DNA of 63,614 nt, the filler included, from Octopus bimaculoides (Eukaryota): NCBI RefSeq assembly GCF_001194135.2. It is 4 parts of 3 records of this genome, joined end to end, with 100 filler letters (N's around TTAATTAATTAA, not from the genome) between each part and the next. Parts side by side here need not be neighbours in the genome. Positions count along the whole stretch, not along the records: positions 14,813 to 39,033 come from NC_068988.1; positions 39,134 to 58,972 come from NC_068987.1; 2 more parts are not named here. One strand, 5' to 3'. The notes under the pieces are model-generated. The model was given only the letters and a program-made list of their open reading frames with translations. It did no database searches and was not told where the DNA came from. Shown here in pieces: positions 37,126 to 47,675 of this stretch. Both the position numbers and the translations under genes were made by a program. Position 1 is the first letter of the stretch. Each line of letters opens with the position of its first letter.

Positions 37126-37235
37126 TTTATTTTTATAATTTGTCTATATTAATTTTATTACAAATACAAAACAACACCACGGAGTAATCGACGTAAGCTT
37201 AGATAATAAACCGTGATCGGTGAACCGCGATATGA
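36996..37235. mobile_element. Tigger/pogo-like MITE, right end decayed
   Basis: TA|CAGTAATCCCTCGACTATCGCG left TIR; subterminal ccgcga repeats at both ends. Confidence 0.7.
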
Positions 37236-37390
37236 TATAAAGAGCAAATGTGTCTTCACACGGGTTCGACGATAACTAACGATACCATATATTTTTCGTA
37301 TAATCGAATGTATTTGTAGAAAATTGCATTTAAACTTATTTTCACCAGGATACTCAAGCCAAGGCTTCCTATCATGGTTTACAATATTTG

Positions 37391-37597
37391 TTTCAGTATT
37401 TTGGCACTAGGCCAGCAATTTCAGAGATGGGGTTGAGTCGATTACATCCAGTACTCAACTGGTACTTATTCCATCGACTCCAAAAATGATGGAAGAAAAA
37501 AGTCGACCCCGGCGGCATTTGAACTCAGAACGTAAAGACACACGAAAGGCCGCTAAGTATTTTGTCCGGCGCGCTAACGATTCTGCCAGTTTAATGC
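37391..37597 (-). mobile_element. SINE-B
   Basis: ttggcactaggccagcaatt...gaactcagaacgtaaag...gctaacgattctgcca. Confidence 0.85.
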
Positions 37598-37990
37598 TAG
37601 CTTTCAAATTTTGGCACAAGGTTTGCAATTTCTTATTCCTTTATTGCCGACAAGGAGCTAAACATAGAGGGGACAAACAAGGACAGTGCGTAACTGGTTC
37701 TTAATTTATCGACCCCGAAAGGATGAAAGGCAAAGTCGACCTCGGCGGAATTTGAACTCAGAACGTAACGAAAGACGAAATACCGCGAAGCATTTTGCCC
37801 GGCGTGCTAACGTTTCTGCCAGCTCGCCACGTTACAAGTTTGCAATTTCTGTGGAGGGTGTAAATCGATTACATCAACTCCCAGTGCTCAACTGGTACTT
37901 ATTTTATCGACTCCGAGAGGATGAAAGGCAAAGTGGACCTCGGTGAAATTGGAACTCAGAACGTAAAGGCGTGCGAAGCGCCGCTAACAA
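37598..37990 (-). mobile_element. SINE-B host copy split by the nested variant
   Basis: tail 37598-37633 resumes at 37838-37990. Confidence 0.85.
37634..37833 (-). mobile_element. SINE-B variant (alternative tail), nested, 13-bp TSD
   Basis: GTTTGCAATTTCT at 37621-37633 and 37838-37850. Confidence 0.9.
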
Positions 37991-38694
37991 TATTAAGTAT
38001 AGCTAACAATATTAAGTATGGCTTACAATATTGTTAAGCATGGCAAACAATATTGAAACAACTTTTTCTTATAGTAAAAAGAGATATGAAAAAAAAATAA
38101 AGAAAGCACATTGAGATGCAATTGCTAAAGAAAGAAATGAATCAGTCATTTAGTTTTAAAACGGGGGCGGGGGAATCACCAAATTCGATAAAATAAATCA
38201 ATATACATTTCTCTTTAACAATACTATTACTATACAATGTTGTTTTCTCCGTAACAATATTGTCTACATTAAGGAAAAAAAAAAGATAATTGCAATAAAT
38301 GTCTTTCCAGAATGCGTTCTACTTCCACAATAACTTTTTAAAGAACTGAAAAAAAAAAGCGTATTAACAATTTATTAATAACAATTTGATTTCACTTATA
38401 AAAATCTTTAATTCAGAAAGTGGTAAGTTCAGTAGACGAGAATTGAGGTCACCTAAGCTAAGTACACAAACTAATGTTTTCTGGGGTTGAAGCAACATCA
38501 CATGACTTGCACATTAATGTAATTGAAATGCACCGATTTCCAGCTTCTTGTTAAACCATAAAATAGATACCCTTCTGTCTCAGCTAACAGCTATCGAATT
38601 TTTCTTCAATCTTCTCTGATCTTCTCCACGATCACCTCAAACCACATACTCGCGCGCGCTCCTGCATATGGCATGTGCTGTTAGGTTTTTATTT

Positions 38695-38872
38695 TCCCTG
38701 TAGCTAGGAGGCAGCGGCGGTATGGGCGCTCCGACCATGGTGGAACTTTTTGGTGGGACGTCACTTTTGGGTCTGCTGTATAAGCCTGTATACAGACTTA
38801 TACAGCGGTGGAGGCGGATGAGGAAACAAACCTAAGGGCTGCTCCGGGACGCACTCACTTTAGCGACATCAC
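38695..38872. mobile_element. short MITE-like repeat (gtagctag... family)
   Basis: shares gtagctag and tttgggtct.ctgtataa.cctgtata with 49966-50116. Confidence 0.45.
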
Positions 38873-38876
38873 AATG

Positions 38877-39033
38877 CAAACAAGAGCACTCAGAGAGCGC
38901 AAACCTCTGCCAAAGCAACACCATCGTCCTCTCAACGATTAACCAGAGATGATTTTTAAAATGAGAATATCTGAAATAAACTCGACTGCTCTCACAAACG
39001 AGAATACTAAAAATGATCCCGACCGCTCTCAAA
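38877..39033 (+). mobile_element. HINE/DINE-1-like 5' end, truncated by gap
   Basis: aacaagagcactcagagagcgcaaacctctgccaa start motif; family assignment from memory. Confidence 0.45.
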
Positions 39034-39133
39034 NNNNNNNNNNNNNNNNNNNNNNNNNNNNNNNNNNNNNNNNNNNNTTAATTAATTAANNNNNNNNNNN
39101 NNNNNNNNNNNNNNNNNNNNNNNNNNNNNNNNN
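39034..39133. other. assembly gap linker N44-TTAATTAATTAA-N44
   Basis: identical 100-bp pattern. Confidence 0.97.
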
Positions 39134-39383
39134 GGATGGTGGCGAACCCTGCTGTATTCTTTCACCACAACTTTCTCTCACTCTTTCTTCCTGTTTCTGT
39201 TGTGCCTGTAATTCAAAGGGTCAGCCTTGTCACGCTGTGTCACGCTGAATATCTCCGAGAACTACGTTAAGGGTACACGTGTCTGTGGAGTGCTCAGCCA
39301 CTTGCACGTTAATTCCACGAGCAGGCTGTTCCGTTGGTCGGATCAACTGGAACCCTCGACGTCGTAAGCGACGGAGTGCTAAC
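39134..39383 (+). mobile_element. SINE-D 3' half joined to a different middle module
   Basis: ggatggtggcgaaccctgctgta...ctctttcttcctgtttct, then the SINE-D tail to gacggagtgc. Confidence 0.8.
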
Positions 39384-39907
39384 AAACAAACTTTCACCCT
39401 TACATTCTCATTGTCCTCCTTCTCTCTCCCACTATGATACCAACAACGTATTTCTTTTTCTCCCTCCCTCTCGTCATATCAAAAGTAAAATTTTAAAAAT
39501 GTGAATCTTAGGAACGAAAGAGTAAATCCATAATTTTAGTGGAAGACTAGGTACAGAAGCTGATGATGATGATGCTGATACAAGACCATCAATCAAAGAA
39601 AATGGTTTATCAGGAGGCGTTAATTAATATTAGCGGAAATTAAATTCTAAGATGCTCGTTTAAACTGCGTTCACAAGCAAATGTTTTCTTTCTTTTGATA
39701 CGCGATTTGCTAAACATCAAGTTTCCATCAATAATGTCGCGGTAAATGATTTCCTAAACTTACAGTTTTTGTTTTGTCAAACACAAAGGAGCTCTGAAGA
39801 CAGAAAAAAAAAAAACCAATACGTAGCGATAATAAAATCTGCAATGAAACGCTACTGGGGATGTAACCTGCTGAAAACTTGAGACTACCTTTGAATAGAA
39901 TAGAATA

Positions 39908-40065
39908 TACATTATTTACATTTGATGGATATTTGTCCTCATCTTATTCGTTGTTAACACAACGTTTTGGCTGATATACCCTCCAGCCTTCATCAGGTGT
40001 CTTGGGGAAATTTCAAACCTGGGTTCTCAATCCTAAGGTGTTTTTCGATATTGTTGTTGTTGTTG

Positions 40066-40138
<73 letters not shown>

Positions 40139-40214
40139 CCATGTCACTGCTTGGAATCGATCTCGGAATCTTGGGGTTAGTAGCCCGCGCTCTTAACCAC
40201 TACGCCATATGCCC
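39908..40214 (-). mobile_element. SINE-E: tRNA-like head, (AAT)n/(AAC)n, hammerhead-bearing tail
   Basis: A box TGGCGTAGTGG (40197-40207), B box GATCGATTC (40154-40162), microsatellite 40050-40136, tail matching 53531-53670. Confidence 0.85.
39956..40001 (-). ncRNA. minimal hammerhead, G12A-mutated (GAAA to AAAA), probably inactive
   Basis: GACAC-CUGAUGA-A-GGCUG/CAGCC-AAAA-CGUU-GUGUU. Confidence 0.75.
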
Positions 40215-40225
40215 GTGGGCATAGC

Positions 40226-40282
40226 AATGGTTGGAGGATATATCAGCAGAAAAGTTGTGTAAACAACAAAGATGAGGACATC
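40226..40282 (+). mobile_element. inverted partial copy of the SINE-E tail
   Basis: ggttggaggatatatcagcagaaaagttgtgtaaacaacaaagatgaggaca. Confidence 0.7.
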
Positions 40283-40308
40283 TTGTATGTATGTATGTAT
40301 GTATGTAT

Positions 40309-40380
40309 GAAGGCGCGTCGCTTAATGGTTTGGGCATTCGGCTCACGATAGTAAGGCCGAGAGTTCAATTCCCAGCGACG
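40309..40380 (+). mobile_element. SINE-D tRNA-like head only
   Basis: gaaggcgcgtcgcttaatgg...gagttcaattcccagcgacg. Confidence 0.75.
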
Positions 40381-40453
40381 GCTCGTAGACCTGGGATCTC
40401 GTAAAGCAAGTCCTTGTAAAGTGAGGTATTATTGTATGCATGTGTGTGTGTGT

Positions 40454-40752
40454 GAAGGCGCGTGGCTTAGTGGCTAGGCACTCGACTCACGATCGTAAGG
40501 TCGCGAGTTCGATCCCCGGCGATGTGTTGTGTCCTTGAGCAAGACACTCTATTTCACGTTGCTCAAGTCCACTCAGCTGGCAAAAGTGAGTAGTACCTGT
40601 ATTTCAAAAGGGCCAGCCTTGTCACATTCTGTGTCGCTGAATCTCCACACGTGTCTGTGGAGTACTCAGCCACTTGCACGTTAATTTCACGAGCAAGCTG
40701 TTCCGTTGGTCGTATCATCTGGGATCCCCGTCGTCGTAATCCACGGAGTGCT
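40454..40752 (+). mobile_element. SINE-D, near full length
   Basis: ggcgcgtggcttagtgg...gagttcgatccccggcg...gtgtccttgagcaagacac...cacggagtgc. Confidence 0.9.
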
Positions 40753-41109
40753 CCTGATGTATGTATATATGTATATATGTATGTACGTACGTATGTGTGT
40801 ATGTAAGTTGGCTAGTTAGGGAAGGCGGTATGTGTGTGTGAGAGAGAGAGAGAGAGAGGTAGAGAGAGAGCGGTAGAGAGCGTGAGAGTAGGGGTGGCAG
40901 GTTACTGGCGAGTGAAGCGTGTATATGCACGTGAAGTAATTAGCCTTCAACTAATATAGATTATATAATCAACTCCCTTTTAACAGTTTGGATTCTTTAC
41001 ATAGTTTGCAGACTGCTTTGATCTTTGCATAAACATAAACAAAATCACACATACACACACTCTAACAAATAAACACACACACACATACAATAATACATAC
41101 AGATATATA

Positions 41110-41154
<45 letters not shown>

Positions 41155-41644
41155 TGTGTGTGTGTGTGTGTGTNNNNNNNNNNNNNNNNNNNNNNNNNNN
41201 NNNNNNNNNNNNNNNNNNNNNNNNNNNNNNNNNNNNNNNNNNNNNNNNNNNNNNNNNNNNNNNNNNNNNNNNNNNNNNNNNNNNNNNNNNNNNNNNNNNN
41301 NNNNNNNNNNNNNNNNNNNNNNNNNNNNNNNNNNNNNNNNNNNNNNNNNNNNNNNNNNNNNNNNNNNNNNNNNNNNNNNNNNNNNNNNNNNNNNNNNNNN
41401 NNNNNNNNNNNNNNNNNNNNNNNNNNNNNNNNNNNNNNNNNNNNNNNNNNNNNNNNNNNNNNNNNNNNNNNNNNNNNNNNNNNNNNNNNNNNNNNNNNNN
41501 NNNNNNNNNNNNNNNNNNNNNNNNNNNNNNNNNNNNNNNNNNNNNNNNNNNNNNNNNNNNNNNNNNNNNNNNNNNNNNNNNNNNNNNNNNNNNNNNNNNN
41601 NNNNNNNNNNNNNNNNNNNNNNNNNNNNNNNNNNNNNNNNNNNN

Positions 41645-41677
<33 letters not shown>

Positions 41678-41679
<2 letters not shown>

Positions 41680-41683
41680 AGAT

Positions 41684-41767
<84 letters not shown>

Positions 41768-41830
41768 GCAAACAAGAAGATAGACAGGCAGGCAGGCCGG
41801 AAGGCAGGCAGGCAGGCAGGCAGGCAGACA
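41678..41830. repeat. (GATA)n followed by (GGCA)n
   Basis: read directly. Confidence 0.95.
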
Positions 41831-42022
41831 GCAAAATACAGGAGGATCAGTTATTTTATTCAACATATTCCCCCTCTCAGATTCACACAGTTATTGCAGG
41901 GGTCCTTCGGTGTTTCCAAGCCCTGTAAAAGAACTCGGAAGGTTGGGCTTCCAGCCAGGTCTTTCACGGTACCCTTAAAGTCAGGAGCTTTTCAGTACCC
42001 CCACGTATATATATATATACAT

Positions 42023-42069
<47 letters not shown>

Positions 42070-42190
42070 NNNNNNNNNNACACTTTCGGTATGCAAATTA
42101 GGGACCCCTTTATAGAGTAACTGCTGCATTTGTTGAGTATATAAACAGTTTGGCTCTCGTTTCTCTGGAGACTGTCAGAATAATGTGGAC

Positions 42191-42233
42191 GCCTCTGATG
42201 AGATCCCAGTAAGGTCCGAAAATCGATTAAGGT
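42191..42233 (+). ncRNA. minimal type-I hammerhead, canonical core
   Basis: stem I GCCU/AGGU; CUGAUGA; stem II GAUC/GGUC plus one extra C; GAAA; palindrome AAUCGAUU; UUA site. Confidence 0.65.
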
Positions 42234-42399
42234 TGTTCATCGTTTTTTTTTTTTTCAGTCCGCGGAGAAATGGCTAAAATTTGCCCTGTTTATAATTATA
42301 CCATGTTACATATATAGGTGCATATATAATGATATTCTTCAGATGGGTCTTACCGCTGCCCTTTGCGTCATGGCCAATCGATGTTATTTCCTCTTCATT

Positions 42400-42660
42400 C
42401 TAGCCCATGTCTCACTGGAATGAACGATGTGACCACAGAGTACCAAAAGCATAAGTTCCGCTGGGCCGGACATGTCACAAGGTTTCTCAGGCAACAGGTG
42501 TACCCATGCAGTTGTTGAGTGATATCCAAGAGGTCGGAAAAGGCCATTTGGAACACCGGAAGCCAAGACGATTTAGTTAAACAATTAAGGTCAAGATAGA
42601 AAAGAATGGCTCAGCCAAGACAAAATCGGAAGCGCATTGTGACCTGTGATGAATAACAAC
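42400..42660 (+). mobile_element. RTE-clade LINE 3' end
   Basis: KHKFRWAGHVTR..NRCTHAVVE*YPRGRKRPFG.P..DDLVK. Confidence 0.85.
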
Positions 42661-43434
42661 ATCTGATGGTCAGGTCGATACTGTGATTCTGTAATACTAT
42701 TTTATTTGCCACACTCATTTGCGATAAATGATACCGAAAATTAAATATATTCTGCATGTTATTGACTTCACAACTACCCTAGAAGAACGAAAAGAAATTC
42801 GTAAATAGCTTTGGGTGTGGATTTTAAAAATCGAGAAGTAGAAGAAAATCAAATATCTTAAAATAGTTAACTCGACTCTATTGTCCTTGAAAATAGCATT
42901 AGCGCTGAATTCTATTTAACTGACTTAAACACGATATGTTTTAAATAGAATAAAATTCCAAACAATTATCACAAAACAATCGATATTTCGGCTATTTTCA
43001 TGAAGACTAAAATGAAAGAATTAATAAATAAAATACAAAAAGTTATTCCCACACACAAAAAAAAATTGTTATTGATTTATTAAATGGGTCGTCATTAAAA
43101 ATGCTATTTCTGTGTTTATTCTAATGACTCGTGTATACTGACTGAGCGCCGTTGGGCAGATGTCATATTTCAGCGCGTTCGGCTTCGAGTTGGTTTCTAT
43201 TTTGGACAACATGTTTCACATCACATGTTTCGCCTAAACAATTGGACACGACTTATATTCACATCACTTATAATAACGCTATGATGTGAGCATGAATTTG
43301 AGACCAGCCTTTTGCTAATGAACAATATATTGTCACGAAACCGTAAGAACCGTTCGTTGTATTCTTCAATAGATCTTTGACTATATTCAGTTAAAACTGT
43401 TTGAGTTTAAATCCTGAATGAATGAATAAATGAA

Positions 43435-43478
<44 letters not shown>

Positions 43479-43539
43479 TGTGTGTGTGTGTGTGTGTATA
43501 TATATACATATATATGTATACATATATATAAATATAAGC

Positions 43540-43573
<34 letters not shown>

Positions 43574-43613
43574 ATACATATATATACATATATATATACA
43601 TATATATATACAT

Positions 43614-43644
<31 letters not shown>

Positions 43645-44004
43645 CACANNNNNNNNNNNNNNNNNNNNNNNNNNNNNNNNNNNNNNNNNNNNNNNNNNNN
43701 NNNNNNNNNNNNNNNNNNNNNNNNNNNNNNNNNNNNNNNNNNNNNNNNNNNNNNNNNNNNNNNNNNNNNNNNNNNNNNNNNNNNNNNNNNNNNNNNNNNN
43801 NNNNNNNNNNNNNNNNNNNNNNNNNNNNNNNNNNNNNNNNNNNNNNNNNNNNNNNNNNNNNNNNNNNNNNNNNNNNNNNNNNNNNNNNNNNNNNNNNNNN
43901 NNNNNNNNNNNNNNNNNNNNNNNNNNNNNNNNNNNNNNNNNNNNNNNNNNNNNNNNNNNATATATATATATATATAGTGTCTTTGGCGTACCTTAACAAC
44001 TTAC

Positions 44005-44071
44005 ATTTCACTGTTAAGCACCTGTGCCTGCGCCAGTAAGCTTCATTTTCGGGGGGAAAAAATATGCTGCT
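44005..44071 (-). CDS. candidate exon (SSIFFPPENEAYWRRHRCLTVK)
   Basis: ttttattacgcag| and aaat|gtaagt; in phase with 44233-44266. Confidence 0.35.
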
Positions 44072-44232
44072 CTGCGTAATAAAATCAATTGTCAAAAATT
44101 GCACAGTAAATAATAGTATCAACAGCCCAGTAGATATTTCCCCCGAGAAAAGTGCTAAAACCATGAATTGTTACCATCAAAGGAAAATCAATTGCAACAG
44201 TGTTAACACACAAAGAATTCAACATAACTCAC

Positions 44233-44266
44233 CACAAGATTCAAAGAGAGGGGAGTTAATTCACTT
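44233..44266 (-). CDS. candidate 34-bp exon (SELTPLSLNLV)
   Basis: ttgatttcag| and gtg|gtgagt; 161-bp intron to the next candidate. Confidence 0.35.
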
Positions 44267-44998
44267 CTGAAATCAACAAGCTACTAAATGAAAGAACGAT
44301 TATATTATGAGCCAATAGAAAAACCTTCTGAGATTGATGTTAACTGTGATCGATGAATTTACTAAAGAACATCTACCGCAAATTGTAGCTTCCACATTTT
44401 GGACATTGGAATGTCTTAATGTATTGTTTGGCAATTGCCGTTTGTAACAGACAGGAGTATCTGAAATCGATGGAAATGATAACGACTAAAATGGATTAAC
44501 TTCATCGAAAAGACATCGATAGGCTGCTGGAAAATAACGGTGAATTGAATAGTATCATTTGAGGAAAAGATGGTAATATATTCACGAACCGGCAACTACG
44601 GTTTTTTTTCTGACAGACTATCCAAAATCTACGAGACCTGATGATAGGAAATACAACATGTACACTAATACCTCTTGAACACAAACTACTGGCGGTAAGT
44701 CAAAAGCTTTGCAGTCGAAGGAAATTACAAGGCAGTGGAACTATCAACAGTAATGTTTAAAAAACAGAAAAAAGAAAGAAATAGTACACATTCTCTGCAC
44801 TTTCTCCTTTACTCTTTGAGGGAAAATTCAAACTTTGACATCCGGCTTAGCTTAATTTTGAAAGGATTGTCTCCTCTGTTAGAGCTGACCATCGGGAGCA
44901 AACCACGTGTGTCAACAGCAACTTTTCATAAAACTGCAAATCGTATCATGAAGAGCCATATTAACTAGATTGCAAATACTCTCCTGGGTTATCTGGAG

Positions 44999-45244
44999 CA
45001 GGGGTTTTCAAACTGTGGTCCGCGGACCACAGGGGGTCCGCAAGGACGAGACAGGGGTTCCGTGGACAGCAAATACTTTTTATGGGCAATTTGATTTTAT
45101 ATATGTTTTTTAATCGAAATCTTTTAATTGACAATAAACCTATTTGTTAAATACTGTTAAATAGATAAATGTAAAAATATATGTTAATTTAAGCAAATAT
45201 TTATGTATAAATTTCATAAGCGTTTATAAGTTTGAAAACCCCTG
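44999..45244. mobile_element. hAT (Charlie-like) MITE, 246 bp
   Basis: perfect 16-bp TIR CAGGGGTTTTCAAACT; 8-bp TSD ATCTGGAG/CTCTGGAG. Confidence 0.92.
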
Positions 45245-45398
45245 CTCTGGAGTCATTCTGCCGTCATTCTGAATTGTGACATCTGGTCTCTAAATAAGTA
45301 GCAAATTATGATTAAATTAGCTACAGAGCGGAAATACATACATACATACATACATACATACATACATAAATACATACATACATACATACATACATACA

Positions 45399-45429
<31 letters not shown>

Positions 45430-46144
45430 GTGTTTACGTTGTTGGTGCTATGTTTCTGATTGGAGTTTCTTAAAACCAGAAAACCTACATCAATCCATAT
45501 AAAAATATGGAATTTTCTTTCTCAAAGTAAAAGTCTTTATGCCTTCCCTATTTCATATTTATGTATTTAAATGTCCAAATTGTAGTTTTCAAACATCCAG
45601 TGTAGCATAACAACGAAATAAACAGTTCTATCCAAGCAATTTCAGCTTTAAACTATAGATTAGTTAGGAAGGCAATCAACATGTTACGATATTTGTATGG
45701 ATTTCTATTAATATCCGTTCTTCTGTGTGACTTACGCTGTATAGAAAAATGTAAAACACCTGGCAGTACGTTTAACGGACTAGCGGTTTTTTTGGGATTG
45801 CTTGTTTGCTTGGGGATTTTCTTTGTTTTTTTTATTTTTGCTCTTTTATTCAAGGTTAATGTTTTATGAATGACTTACGAACGTTGTGTGCTGATTCAGG
45901 CATAGATTTAGCGTCGAGTGAAACTTGAAACAGGATCTTGCGGATTAATGAGAAGAAAGCACTCTCGGATTACCTTGACGAATGCGTACGTGTGTATGTA
46001 TGCATGTATGTATGTATGTATGTATGTATGTATATATGTATGTATATATGTATGTACACATACATGCATATATTTCAGAACCACGCCAGCACCTATAAGA
46101 ATGTGTATAATATATGGTGTATGGATGTCAGGAAAATGTTTTGA

Positions 46145-46469
46145 GTAGGCACGTGATTTAGTGGTTATGGTATTCGTCCCGATATCGTAAGGTCGTGAGT
46201 TCGATTCAAGGTAACGTGCTGTGTTCTTAAGCAACATAATTTATTTCACGTTGCTTCAGTGAACACAACTGGCAAAAATGAGTTGTACATGTAATTCAAA
46301 GGGCCCAGTCTTTGTTACATTCTGTACCAAGCTGAATCTCCCCGAGATCCTCGTTAACGGTACACTTGTCTGTGGAGTGCTCAGCCACTTGATTGTAAAT
46401 TTCACGAGCAGACTGTTTCGTTGATCGGTTCAACTGGAACCCTCGCCGTCGTAACCGACGGATTGCCAG
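46145..46469 (+). mobile_element. SINE-D, full length
   Basis: ggcacgtgatttagtgg...gagttcgattc...gtaaccgacggattgcca. Confidence 0.9.
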
Positions 46470-46659
46470 TGCTAGTTTATCGCGTGTGATACACAGGAGA
46501 GACAAAGGGTTAACATGAAGTTCCAAAAGCGAAAAGAACACAATTGAAACAGAAAATTGCGATGTTTTGTCATTTATGTATTTGATTATCATTTGTTGGG
46601 ACAGGAGGAATGGTAAGTGCCCTTCACTTTGGCAATATCTCCAAGATCCCGAAAGTGAT

Positions 46660-47150
46660 GCTATTTCAATACACGTACTGCAGTAACTGGCCTATCAACA
46701 GTGTATATACATTAAGTATGATACATACATGGTTATTTTAATTAAATACTACTTTAATTGCGTATACCCGATTTCTATTCAGCCGGGTAGCTATTCGCAA
46801 CAACAGTGAGTGTTTTATTTACTTTTTCCTATATCAGAAGCGACGAATTTTCTTCCAAGTATGTGGCTAACTGCGTGTACGTGCCATTAAAAATGTCCAC
46901 AAAGATCAAAATGCGTCTTGGCTATCGCTGGCTGTTCTTGAGACGTATTTTCGTCTCTCTCTGATATTTATTGTTTTAACACAGTACGTCCATAAGAGAT
47001 CTTATCTTAGAAGAAATACTGCTGTAACAGTATTTGCCGAACAAATACAGCCGTAGACTATCGAAAGTCTATATACATTAAGTATGATCCATAAATGCCT
47101 ATTTAAAATCTATATACATTAGGTATGATCCATAAATGTCTATTTAAAGT
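46660..47150. repeat. second locus of the 350-360-bp tandem-unit family, with a terminal 40-bp duplication
   Basis: cagtaactgg..gtgtatatacattaagtatgatacatacatggttattttaattaaatact..., collinear with 19400-19830. Confidence 0.7.
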
Positions 47151-47287
47151 GAATACAAAACTAGGTTTTGCAACCTCTGATATTTGGTCATCACCACAAA
47201 TCCATGGCGTTGCCATAACGGCATTCCAACGTCTAGACTTTCCTTTCTAAGGTGTAAAAATAGCTGAATCCAGAACTACTGACTTAC

Positions 47288-47416
47288 GGAACAGCTTCTC
47301 TGAGTGTGGTTTCTCTTCAGGTATCGTTTTTGTTGATGGAGATAAGGAAATATAGAATTCGACCTCGTCAGTTTCGGAGTTCTTCCAAAGGTCATTAGCC
47401 TCTTCAGTTTCTTCGA
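47288..47416 (-). CDS. candidate 129-bp exon; two frames open (EETEEANDLWKNSETDEVEFYISLSP... or SKKLKRLMTFGRTPK...)
   Basis: strong acceptor ttctttcatctcctcctcttcag| and donor ttcc|gtaagt; length divisible by 3. Confidence 0.45.
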
Positions 47417-47454
47417 CTGAAGAGGAGGAGATGAAAGAAATAGTGAAAACAACA

Positions 47455-47507
47455 ATAATAACAATTGTAATGATGATGACGTACATGATGATGATGATGA
47501 AGACAGC

Positions 47508-47586
<79 letters not shown>

Positions 47587-47595
47587 GTGATGATG
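47455..47595. repeat. (GAT)/(AAC)n/(AAT)n compound trinucleotide tract
   Basis: read directly. Confidence 0.95.
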
Positions 47596-47611
47596 ATTTC
47601 TTTATTCATTG

Positions 47612-47675
47612 ATTTCTTACATAGGTACAAGGCCAAGAATTTTTCGTGGGAGGGAACATTCGATTATATCGATCT
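47612..47675 (-). mobile_element. SINE-B 3' end running into gap
   Basis: aggtacaaggccaagaatttt...cgattatatcgatc. Confidence 0.65.

Noticed and set aside
41878-42000. QIHTVIAGVLR... resembling an REL-endonuclease C-terminus
   Set aside because: About 10 residues of similarity followed by a stop; insufficient.
45681-45869. 62-aa hydrophobic ORF resembling a small membrane protein
   Set aside because: Hydrophobicity derives from T-rich sequence; no independent support. Nearby minus-strand splice candidates (45698-45926) could not be phased consistently.
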